From: Catajapyx aquilonaris
Taxonomy: Eukaryota
NCBI GenBank assembly: GCA_000934665.2
Contig: KZ538901.1
Coordinates: forward strand, 1 to 41,425
DNA length: 41,425 bases
Direction of reading: 5' to 3'
This document shows positions 29,156-40,063 of this stretch, one piece after another. The first letter of the stretch is position 1; each line of letters opens with the position of its first letter. The position numbers were made by a program, and so were the translations under genes. Under the pieces are notes generated by a model. The model had not been told where the DNA came from and did not search any database. It was given only the letters and a program-made list of their open reading frames with translations.

Positions 29156-29506
29156 TTAGTTATTAGTGACTTTGACTTCTTTTCGACGTTTGACTTTTTG
29201 ACGGTCACGGACAGCACGAGTAGGTAGAATTTCAAAATCCGATGCGTCTTGGCGAGAAACAATGTAATCAACGAGCCTCCCCCTGGTCAGATACACCTGA
29301 AACGTGTCCATCCTTACAGGGAATGTGCAAGGTGGCCTATCACGGTGTTCTGGTACTTCTAGTTGCGGACAGAGCAATGATCCCATCCTGTCCATGGGAA
29401 AATCTTGTGTCGTCATCATTTCAGTCAGTTTCGCCTTAATCACTTGATGTTTTCCATCTTCATGCTCCAATAGCCGCACCATCTGGTGCACACCAGTCCT
29501 AAACGG
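29156..29506 (-). CDS. exu: exu-like terminal exon (PFRTGVHQMV...KVTNN*)
   Basis: tatattcag acceptor; in frame with ORF 29156..29491; IKPF across the junction resembles Exu IRPF. Confidence 0.7.
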   Translation of the reverse strand, partial: PFRTGVHQMVRLLEHEDGKHQVIKAKLTEMMTTQDFPMDRMGSLLCPQLEVPEHRDRPPCTFPVRMDTFQVYLTRGRLVDYIVSRQDASDFEILPTRAVRDRQKVKRRKEVKVTNN

Positions 29507-32001
29507 CTGAATATAACAAAATAACGTAGGCCTATAGATGTGTCTCTAGTGCCATAGTTACTGTTGCTTACCTTGATATCAGCATATGTGAATTTATCTT
29601 CTTCGTATAGATCCTGAATTATGGTCTTGATCACTATCAGACGCCAGCTGGCATTTTCCATCAACTTTGCCTCTAACCTGGTTGCAGATCCGTGATATGC
29701 GATTAGTATATCTTGGAGTGCCCAGGATCGTGAGTCTATATTCATCAATTGAGCTGCTATTTCCGCACTGTTAATGAAACCCTTGACAACGTTAAGGAAC
29801 TCTTCCATCAAGTTACAGTCCCTCATGCCCTGTGGGAAAGAATATAATATATTAACTGTTTGAGATTAGAACTGGATAGAATATGCTAAAGTAAAACCTG
29901 CTTGTAAAAGACCCTGGATATTACTGAGTTTTGTTTGGTGCAGTGTTTTCTTGGGTGTAATTTCACCATTTTATTCTTGAAATTTTCGTATTCATAACCT
30001 TCATATTAAGGTGTCACTTCAGAAAACTTCAATAAGTACTTCAATGAATCATTATGTTGTTTTAAATGGTTGAGAGTATATCATAAAAACTCGTCATTGG
30101 TAAAAAAAGGGAAGATAGCCTATTTGTGCCTGTTATCAAATAGTATAACATAACTGGTGGACCTTCAAAAGCCTCCATGTTCCATATATTTTAGGGACAG
30201 TTGCATGATTGAAGGTAAATCCAGTGAAAGTGGTTGATACATCGTTATTTTCAGCCTAAACACACATGCATGTTTCATGGTGACCAATTTAATATGAGAT
30301 TTATGACAGTAGGTCTACAAGAATCAATAAAATTATTGTGTGTAAAAGTGTCTGTTACATAATTTCTTTCGTCACACCACTTTCAATTTAACAAAAGTAG
30401 GCTAGGTAATTATCCATTATTTTCAATGCAAAAAGATGCACGCAATGTCATTATTGCTTTTCCTTTCACCAACCCATCATATGGAGGAGTACTACTGTAG
30501 AAATCAGTCCATATTGAATTGGGTTAGGCGCAACATGGAGTCAAAGTGTGTCGTTGCATTGTATGACCAACTTTACGCACCCTGAGCAGTAGAAGGGCTG
30601 CCAGATCATCCAAGTCATGGCAAAGAAGCACCACACCAGCACTCGACCCGCTACCATTTCTCAGCCATTCCAGAAAGTCAGCCAAGACAACATGTTCGTC
30701 TTTGACATTATCTATGATCTTGGTTGTTCGTCCATTATACAAATGTCGCTTATTTTCAATTTGCAATGTTGAGAGCAGATGAGGTCTCCTAGGGGTCGGC
30801 ATAGGTTCCTTCACCAGAAAGATAAACTCTCCAAAAAGAGGGAATTCAGTTCCGTAGAATGAGGCTGCCAGAAGTACTATTTCGTCACCCATAGTACCGC
30901 CCGTGGTGTCGACGTCGAAGATAACTATATCAAAAGTTTGCTTTTGGTAGTAGGTCTCTTCCTGCGCTTCTTTTAGGACTGCCTCCATTTTCAAGCACTC
31001 CTCCTCCTCCTCTTTCTTCCTCTGTACTTCCAGCTGGATTTGTTCATCTAGTTCCGAAATGTCTGTGTGCGATGACTCATCTTCCAGTGAAATACTCCTA
31101 GGAGGGGGGAGGATCACTTCTACCTTGTCTGAAAGTAATATTCTAGTGTTACAATACTGACCATCAAGCATTGGAATAATGAGAATATAATAGTGGCTCT
31201 TGCTCAAAGCTATAACTTACATCAAGGACTACCTTTCTTTATATACCGGTACCTATAGTTGTCTCTCAGAATCATTTAATGACTCGAACAAAAAATTTAA
31301 AGCCCAACCCTCCTGTATTTGGAATTTAGTTTCCTTCAGATGTGGGTAGCATATACACTGTAGAGTCTGCCATTCCTTACAATGTAAGAGGCCTTCAAGA
31401 GCGAACTGGCACCACATTTGATAGGATGTCACTCATTATCTCAGTTCTCAGTCAGTCAAATCTTAGTATGGGTGAATAATAACTCAATGTCAGTAAGCAA
31501 TCATTATCGTTGTCAAAACTGATTCACACCTGATGTTATCCAGCAGGAAATTGGGTTGTTATACGCTTTCAGCTGGTGCTATCCTCTTTGCTGATGACTG
31601 TAAGCCAGCCTGAGCACGGTCATGATGGCACAAATTAATGGCAGTATTAAAATTTGTAGATAAAAAGTATATACTGCCTTTATGCTATGTTTTATACCCT
31701 CAGGTTGAAATTAAAATTATTTTTTAAACATTCACAGTCCATGACCATGTTTAAAATAGGATGTGAGGCAACTCATTCCCATAGCAGTTATTATCCGTCG
31801 CCAAGGCATACAAGAATAGAGGGTGCTGGAGACAAGCACATATTGTATACAGTAGTTAAGTAAAAACCTCTGCATAGCTCATTTTTACGGAATCTATGAG
31901 ACTATGACCAGTTTTGGGGATTTTCCGTGTTGTCCGATTTTCCGGGAACACCAGTGCATAACATTAGCACGGATGATGATGATAATAATAATAATAATAC
32001 C

Positions 32002-32076
<75 letters not shown>

Positions 32077-32503
32077 CGAAGCAGTGGTAGCGGAGGGGAT
32101 TTGGTATCCGACTGCTAATCGGGAGGTCCTGGGTTCGAACCCCGGAGGCCGGCGATCCTGACCTTGGTTTTCTGTGGTTTTCCAAGGTCGCTCCAGGAAT
32201 AATTTCCGGGATCGTACCGTAATATAGGCCACAGCCGCTTCCCTCCTTTCCCTGTCCTGGAGGAGATGCGGGTCAGTCGGGGGTTTCTGACCCGCATCAA
32301 GGGGAACATCTATGGCGAACGAACCCCCTGAGGGACTGCACACGACCCCCAACATATAGACATTGCACATGCACCAGTGTCCCTCCCTCCTATCCCTACC
32401 CTGTCCCTGCACCAGCTACTGTACAATAATAATAACAAAAATAAAGGTCCGTGTGATATACCCCCAGTTGGGGGTGAAAGCACTACCCCAGTTATTATTT
32501 AAA

Positions 32504-32587
<84 letters not shown>

Positions 32588-32643
32588 CCTGGGGTAGTGA
32601 TTTCACCCCCAAATGGACCTTTATTTATTTATTTATTTATTTA

Positions 32644-32708
<65 letters not shown>

Positions 32709-33831
32709 GTACAGTTGGTGCCTATATCCATTGAAGCGTCCGGGCCCACGGGCAGGATGACAGGAGGGGATGTGCAAAGTGCAGTGCGCGGACTGATGAT
32801 GTGGGTACATTTTGTGAACTCCCCCGGGTCGATATGTCTATTGGAGATTCCACCCGAGACGAAGCCAGAGACGACTGTCCCTGCACGAGATGAAGGGGAT
32901 GTCCCCGGGTTGGGATCGAACCCGGGACCTTAGCACCCGTGGGCGCGTACGTTTCCGCAGCGCCGCTCCGCCTCCCCTAGCACGGATAATAATCGCGAGT
33001 ACTGTATAGTATAGTGTCAATAATCGGTCTGACCTCCACTTTTCACATCTCCATGGAGATGCCATCACTTAGCAAAAAGTGTACACAGTGCCAACAAAGA
33101 ACCACTTGTTTATTTTCATTTTTCATGAGGCTATTTTGTATTAATTATAATATTGCAAAATTTAATACCGTTTGAAGGAAACATTGCCACACCCTAAGAA
33201 TAGTGTCGTTCTACTCAGATCGTCTAGTTCAGTGGTTCCCAACCTGGGGGGCGTGAGAGGATTTCGGGGGGGGGGGGGGCGTGAGGCCATGACCCATTAG
33301 AAATACGTAAAATAATGTAACATGTTTCCGCTTGGCGCTGCTGGAAATACTGATGAAGGGACCGACTATTTTCCTTGCTTGTATCCGATGTGCTTACAGT
33401 GTAGGAAGATTCCACTGTACTTTGTCAGCTACAGTCACCTAAACTTTGTGACCTTGAACCCAAAAGAAATATCCATATCGCCTGCGGCGGGCTTATTGGT
33501 CCCTATTAAGGGAGGCGAAGTGGCGCAACGGTAACGTTCGCGCCCACGGATGTTAAGGTCCCGGGTTCGATCCCGGCCCGGGGACACCCCCTTCATCTCG
33601 TGCAGAGTAAAGTGTCGTCTCTGACTTCGTCTCGGGTGGTATTTCCTACAGACTAAACCACCCGGGGGAGCTCACAAAACGGCCACATGCGGACAAGGCA
33701 CTGCACTTGCACATCCCCTCCTGTCATCCCTTCCTGCCCGTGGGCCCGGGCGTGATAAATAGGATCCAGCTGTACTGATGATTAATAATAAAGGTCCAGG
33801 CAAAACCCCAATAGGGGTACGCCCATACCCA

Positions 33832-33903
<72 letters not shown>

Positions 33904-34295
33904 GGTCCCTATTTCAACAGGTTTTCATTCCTCAGTTATAAAATTTTCTTTCAAGAAACTCTCACTGAAATTTATTGGGGGGGGGGGGCGGGGGGGCGTG
34001 AGTGTTTGGTGAAAACGAAAAGGGGGGCATCATGACGAAAATGTTGGGAACCACTGGTCTAGTTACTCTAGTACATTCAGACTGTAGAAAGTTATAATTT
34101 TCATGCGGGTCTAAACTGCACACTTGCCGGTGCAACCTTTTCCCTTATAGAGCTCTACGAAAATATATTATGTATCGTATACCTCTCCACGCCGGACCAA
34201 AATACACGTATCTCCTCTACTACTAGTGTGTATTACAAAGAAGACTGAGACTTACTTCTATTTCGGCGGCGAAAGAGATCGCAAAGCTTCCGCAT
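29156..34295 (-). CDS. exu: exuperantia-like (Exu) DEDDh-fold pseudonuclease, spliced, about 398 aa; exons 34256-34295 (probable), 30581-31128, 29572-29829, 29156-29506
   Basis: FDVDTTGGTMGDEIVLLAA, KII..KDEHVVLADFLEWL, GVVLLCHD, LMEEFLNVVKGFINS and ENASWR align by eye with Drosophila Exu as recalled (DTTG..DEIVQLAA, KDFLNWL, GIVLIYHE, LLERF...SFANS, NASVR). Introns are canonical GT-AG and in consistent phase. Confidence 0.75.
29572..29829 (-). CDS. exu: exu-like exon: second half of the EXO-like domain (GMRDCNLMEEF...FTYADIK)
   Basis: ctttcccacag acceptor, AAG|gtaagc donor, phase 0/0; matches ORF 29440..29826. Confidence 0.8.
30581..31128 (-). CDS. exu: exu-like exon: acidic/coiled N-terminal region plus first half of the EXO-like domain
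   Basis: Lies within ORF 30524..31207; tactttcag acceptor at 31129; AGG|gtgcgt donor. An in-frame ATG at 31171 is an alternative start. Confidence 0.8.
31975..32978 (-). mobile_element. family-A SINE on the minus strand (body 32588-32978) with a long (ATT)n tail
   Basis: Head ggggaggcggagcggcgctgcgg..gggttcgatccc on -; TSD (t)agcacggat at about 31965 and about 32978. Confidence 0.8.
32075..32500 (+). mobile_element. family-B SINE inserted in the microsatellite tail of the minus-strand SINE
   Basis: accgaagcagtggtagcgg..ccgactgctaatcgg..gggttcgaacccc; flanked on both sides by (AAT)n. Confidence 0.85.
33230..34056. mobile_element. hAT (Charlie/Buster-like) MITE with a nested SINE
   Basis: TIR cagtggttcccaac / gttgggaaccactg; exact TSD gtctagtt (33222-33229 / 34057-34064). 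Confidence 0.88.
33508..33898 (+). mobile_element. family-A SINE with (ATT)n tail
   Basis: A box tggcgcaacgg, B box ggttcgatccc; 15-bp TSD ttattggtccctatt (33493-33507 / 33899-33913). Confidence 0.9.
34256..34295 (-). CDS. probable first coding exon of the exu-like gene (MRKLCDLFRRRNR)
   Basis: ATG followed by a consensus A|gtaagt donor in phase 1, matching the phase-1 acceptor at 31128. Confidence 0.5.
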
Positions 34296-35282
34296 CCTTA
34301 CAGGTGTGTCAACGTCTTTCTCTAGTTGTTTGTGTTCTCCATGGTAATCTCTTAATTGTTGCGTGTCTAGTGATTAATTGACCTGCGGCTCGCGCGTGGC
34401 TTCCAGCGGTTCCTACTTTTGAAATAAATAGCCTTTGCATGCATACAAAAAGGAATATCTGAAAAAATTGACGTATTGCATTGCATTCATGAAGACTATA
34501 TGCCCGCGAAGCGAGTGAATATAATTATATATTGCAGGGCAATTCCATTTCAGATCAGACCAGATCCAGAAAAGTTGTCAGGGCTTGGTCTCCGATTATT
34601 ACGGATAAATTACACGAAGTACCGCTGTCGAAATGATGAAGAATGACACTGGCTATTTTTCAGTGTCATTTTTTATTTGCCATGAAAAAAATCATAACCG
34701 CAGGGGTACCAAATATGATATTTCTCGAAGTTCATTTTTTCTCAACTGTGGACGAGTGTACCAATTATTTTCCTATAAGTAGGTACACAAAAACCAAATT
34801 TGGAATGGAGCAACTACCTACGTAGGTCTGAATTTTTAATATCAAATAATTGCGAATATGTATTTCTATTTTTATTTTTATTTACGTTTCCCCTTGCGAG
34901 GGCGGGGACCTTTTTGGGGGACAAGCGAATATGTAATTAGAAACCACGGAAAAAATTGGCAAAAATGCTGTTTTACGACATTTTAGCAATTTTCGCAATG
35001 TTTTTCTCTGCAAAAAAATATTTGTAGGCAAATAAAACATCTGGACTTTCAGTACAACTCATACCCTCTCTACTTATCAGCTTTGTTAAGCTTTGAAGTC
35101 AAAGGTTAACAGTGGAGCAATTGTTGAACATTGTTAACTTCGCAAAACATGGTTTGGAAGAAAATAATTTTCTCAGAAACACCACGGAACAATATTGAAC
35201 ACCTATTTATTTCCGAGTAGAGGAACATCTGAGTCACACACTCGTGCGAAAATTTCTCTGCTCCCGAGGTTTATGATCCTGA

Positions 35283-35462
35283 CCGTAGTTTCCAACCAAT
35301 TTTCTTCAAATTTATTGGGTAGGTAGCGCACCAAAATTGATGAAAAACCTACACGAAATGACCTGGTTATATTGACCCCTTCAACTTCATTTTAGGAGTA
35401 AAGGTCAAGTTAGCAAATCCCGTAGTTTCCAACCGATTTTCTTCGAATTTTTGGGGTAGGTG
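35283..35462. repeat. about 42-bp direct repeat pair inside an unclassified transposon relic
   Basis: ccgtagtttccaacc.attttcttc.aattt.t.gggtaggt at about 35283 and about 35420. Confidence 0.55.
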
Positions 35463-36340
35463 GCCCATCCCAATGGGCGAACAGCTGACATAAAGTGGTC
35501 CAGTATCCGGCCAATCCAGCGCACCCGGTGGAGTCGTCATCATAGTCATACATCATAGTCAACATCACAAATATCTTACTCTAGGAGTGTTTCAACCACG
35601 GTTTCAACTACGGGTTTCAACCAACTCGCAACTCTACTGTATTGTAGCCTACAGTAGAGTCGGTGCGTGTCTATGCGACGAGACCGAAACAGTACGACTT
35701 GCAGCCGCATGGAACACTATTCGAAACGTGCTGCCATCTTTCGTTTCTCCATGCTGGGCAGTACCAGGGGCAGTAGCTTACTGCATATTTGCCGTAAGGA
35801 TTAATGAGTAGGCATTTACATTAAGAACTGTAATCACAATTAACCATTCTCGCGATTTTGCAGTAGTCCTATACGAATATTACAGATCAGTGAGACTTCT
35901 CAGCAGGTAATGGTTTTATATGAGATCGCTCTGGACCCTTTGGACATGACTGTACGTTTATTACCATGCTGTGGGCTCTCTCTCCTCCCTGAATCTTGTT
36001 TTTACTGCGGTGGTCAAGTGGCTGGGTGGTGAATACCTAGCTAGAGTAGTGAACCACCTCATCACACAGTGGGCTCGGTTCTGGTAATGAGAGCCAGGAC
36101 ACAAGAGGCGGGAGGTTCATTCGAAAATCCACGTTTTTTTTTGTCTTACCCCAAAAATCATTCGGTAACAAAGTTGACCAGAAGAGGCATGCGTTTTTGT
36201 AAGCTGGATCTCCCCTGGATACGCCATTGAACAAGGATCACGACGAGATAATTACTGTAATACGCAAGTAACGATCTGCAACCTCCCACAGCTTGGCCCA
36301 AAATCAAATGCAGCCTACTGCTAGTACTGCACGTTTAGGG

Positions 36341-36689
36341 CAGGGGCGGATCCAATGTGTGTGTGTGGAGGGGGGGGGGGGTCACGGGGGTCATGACNNN
36401 NNNNNNNNNNNNNNNNNNNNNNNNNNNNNNNNNNNNNNNNNNNNNNNNNNNNNNNNNNNNNNNNNNNNNNNNNNNNNNNNNNNNNNNNNNNNNNNNNNNN
36501 NNNNNNNNNNNNNNNNNNNNNNNNNNNNNNNNNNNNNNNNNNNNNNNCCCCCCCCAATTCGCCTGCGGCGCTCTTGCTTACCGCCCTTTACGACTTAAGC
36601 CCCGGCCCCGCCTCGCAAACGCCACCAAGTCTGCGGTATGGTACAGATACCCCCCCCCCCCCCCAATCGAAAGTCTGGATCCGCCCCTG
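36341..36689. mobile_element. hAT-like MITE (CAGGGGCGGATCCA termini) spanning an assembly gap
   Basis: TIR caggggcggatcca / tggatccgcccctg; exact TSD gtttaggg. Confidence 0.85.
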
Positions 36690-37345
36690 GTTTAGGGGAA
36701 ATTTGTATGGTTCTTTCCAAGAAGCTTTTGGAAGGTAATGAAATATACCGGTACAATAATTATAAAGTATAATATGCTATTTTTGGAAAAGCATTTGCAA
36801 ATATTCACATTGCCAATAACATCGAAGGGACGAGATTTTCACATTGCGAAATAAACATGATGTCCCTCGATCTAAATAATTTATTGTTAGTTGCTTTCAT
36901 TAATATTGTCTGAAAATTGATTACCATTATGAAGCCATGTCTCGTCTTTCGTTGCAAATATTACAGTTTTCCCATTACTTATTGAAAAGTAGTGCATATT
37001 CATTTCAGGCTTGCTGTTGCACAACTGAAAGTATAGTCTACCTAGGACTGAGGGCTTATCTTCATTATTGATTGTTGGTCAAAATAAATCTAACAATATT
37101 ATTAAAACCAATGATAAATCCTCTGTGTATGGCCTATATTCAATGGTGCAAGGGGAATCAGTGGGAATGGAACGTTTTTGCTGCTAAGAAGCAATATGCA
37201 TTGTGTTTCTCTGACCCAATTGATAAGTTTCCTGAGAGGTGAGACTAGGGAGAGTTAATTTATTAGTCATCCCTGGCGATGAAAACAACGTAGAAGGCAA
37301 GCAAAAAAGGTAACGCAGGACTCAAACCTTGCCCCTAGTCTGGAC

Positions 37346-37577
37346 ATATCAGTGGGGCTTAACGTCGGCCTATTTCTGCTGCTTAGGCTAACACCGACGC
37401 CAGGGGCTGGTCCTCCTCCTGGAAATTTGGCCACTCTGGGGATCTTTAACGTGCACTCGCGCAATGTCACAAGCACACGGGACCGACGGCTTTACTTCCC
37501 CTCCGCAGGAAGGCGCACTCTCACTTTTCTACCACCCGGAGAAAAATCACCGACCTCGGCCGGGTTCGAACCCACAA
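37346..37577 (-). mobile_element. family-D SINE, 5'-truncated just upstream of the B box
   Basis: Homologous to 20940-21228; 13-bp TSD ccctagtctggac (37333-37345 / 37578-37590). Confidence 0.87.
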
Positions 37578-37630
37578 CCCTAGTCTGGACTGGAATTCGA
37601 ATGCGGATAGGATTAACCGATTCATCAACT

Positions 37631-37885
37631 GAGGGGTGTGGGGGAAAAACATGATAACTGACATTTTTGTCATTTTTTACCTAAACACCTAGCAACTATG
37701 TATAAGACATGAGACAGTTTGGTATACTCCAAGTTCATAATTATATATCATGCATGAGACGGCCACACGGACTAGATCACAACCAGCATTCCCTATAATT
37801 TGTTAAGAAAATTCAAACTTCAATTCGCTCTCCTGAAAAATTACTCTTTGTCAGTATGTTATCATGTTTTCCCCCCACACCCCTC
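37631..37885. mobile_element. MITE with GAG...CTC termini (Sola-like)
   Basis: TIR gaggggtgtgggggaaaa(a)catgataac / gttatcatgttttccccccacacccctc; flanks aact / aaca. Confidence 0.7.
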
Positions 37886-38349
37886 AACATTACTCTTCTC
37901 AACTCTGATCTCTCCTCTGCCGCCAGTCAACTGGGCGGAGCAACACCCAGTAATAATAGGGAAAGATTGGGAGTTTTCATTTTATTTTAAACTCTTTTCA
38001 AAAATGACTCTGAATGTCCTATATGACGAAGCACAAATATCATTAGTTACTTGTTTCACCTTATAAAATAATACTACTGAACAAGAATTGGCAGCTCCAT
38101 ACTTTCCTCATAAACGGGGTGATTTGAGATAAGTGTTGAAATGAATGTGGAGAGTGGTTATAAGGAGCATAGGTAGAAGTGTTTAAGGGTTAAATAGTGC
38201 AATTTCATGCTGTGTCCATTATTATCATGCTTGCTCCCATTCTGGAAAAATAGAAAAATAGAAACAAAATCCGTTTTCACTTAAAATTTCACAAACAGCA
38301 TTAAAGGACTCTTAATTTGAAGCAATATGCAAATGAATGTAACCAAATG

Positions 38350-38681
38350 AGGGGAGACGGAGTGGCGCCGCGGTAACGCGTGCGCTCACGGAAGTTAAGG
38401 TCCCGGGTTCAATCCCCACCCGGGGTTCCCACCTTCTTTCGTGCAGAGTTGGGCCATCTCTGGCTTCGTTTCGGGTGGGAATATCCGATAGACTAACCCA
38501 CCCGGGGGAGTTCACAAAATGACAATATAACGACATTGCACTTGCACTTCGCACATCCCCTCCTAATTACCCTTGGAGCAATTAGAAATACGTACATGTA
38601 TCGCTCCAAACCACAAAATGGTGGTAACCCACCCCCCTAGAAATGGCCTATCGGCCAGATAACGGGGTACAGGAAAAAAAA
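38350..38681 (+). mobile_element. family-A SINE, uninterrupted copy
   Basis: A and B boxes, A-rich tail, 11-bp TSD gtaaccaaatg (38339-38349 / 38682-38692). Confidence 0.9.
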
Positions 38682-39956
38682 GTAACCAAATGCATTTATT
38701 GTGGAATTTGGTTTTCTTCTTCTACTTATGTATGTCTCGAGGCCCTCACATTGTTTTAAGGATTGCAAAGGCACATTTAAGAATATTTTGATCTAACTTA
38801 TTGTAGGCCTACCAGTAAAGACCATTATAATGGGCTATATTATTCTTATGGTCAGCCCTCAGCCGTTTGGCAGGTGAATTTAAATAGGTGCACTTGCATC
38901 TTGCATGATCTAATGTGGGCAAGCATAATGCAATGTAAACTGACAGTGCATGTAAATCTGACATTTAAAGTGCTGCAAGCCTCAATTCGCCCGCACATTT
39001 CAATCCTGGATTCACATACGAGTTGTCCTAAACTTACATTAGCTTGATGTACTGTACATGAGTGGCGGATATGGTGCAAAACCATTATTATAGGTGGAAA
39101 TTACGCACCAGGCCTAAATAATTTTCAATTTTTTAAAAGTGAGAGCAATATTCACATGAGGTATTCAGTGACAGCCTTTGCTTGAGAGGTGCCTCGAGTC
39201 ACTTCCATTAGTGATTAGTCTATTAATAGCTACAGTACCGGTATGTGATGACTTGGTTGTGCTGCTTCCATATATTCATGTTCTATAGGGTTCTTCATTG
39301 CGCTAATTTGCAGTACTGTATGTATATAATCCTATAGTTCTTTCCACTTACTGTATAACTAGCTCGGCGTAATTTCACAAATCATTATCTTGTTTGTCCC
39401 CATTCACCGGCGTGTCCTTATACGAACAACCTCGCCCTGCCCAATATCGAACAGGGTGCGTTAGCACATCATACAGCGAGAGCACAGCAATCAGGTAATG
39501 CCGTCCTAATTCAGCGGATTCAAAAGTTTATTATCTCCTACTTTCCACCATTCTATAATACTGTACGATGGAGGTCGAAGTTCCACTATAAATTATGATT
39601 CATGCATACAAATACTAGCGTCCCCTTCCTCTACGTCCTAAATTATTAAGGTTATCTTTCAAATAGTGTTCAATATAGCTTGTTAGTTGGGCTTATTCGT
39701 CCTGATTAACTATACTGTACTTGTATTTAGGGTTACCACGGTAGCGGTCTCATTGCTTCATCATTCTCGGTTGTAGTGAATGGTCGTGACAACTAAATTG
39801 ACAATATACTGTAGAGTTATGATGTACGAGGGTACAAGGTACAGTGCTGTGTTGGCGACAATACGGACATAATAATGGCGTATGATATTTTTGTTCAGTT
39901 AGATGAATAAATATTTTCTGGGTTTAAAACGATTGAATACGCTCACTGACCATAAT

Positions 39957-40041
39957 ATGGGTTTTTTTTTGTATATGGAGATTAAATTGCACCCTATATT
40001 ATAGGATGCAATTTAATCTCCATATGCAAAAAAAAACTCAT
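39957..40041. repeat. near-perfect 85-bp palindrome
   Basis: tttttttgtatatggagattaaattgcaccctat pairs with ataggatgcaatttaatctccatatgcaaaaaaa. Confidence 0.85.
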
Positions 40042-40063
40042 GCATCAGGGGTTAGTCTGATAA

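Noticed and set aside
31894..34035. Poly-I, poly-N and poly-Y ORFs
   Set aside because: Translations of AAT/ATT microsatellites and SINE bodies.
34537..35220. gggcaattcca-starting element similar to the 17716 TIR
   Set aside because: No matching right TIR or TSD found, so boundaries cannot be supported.
36398..36547. N run inside a MITE (also at about 6877 and about 41061)
   Set aside because: Assembly gaps beside poly-G/C tracts, not biological features.
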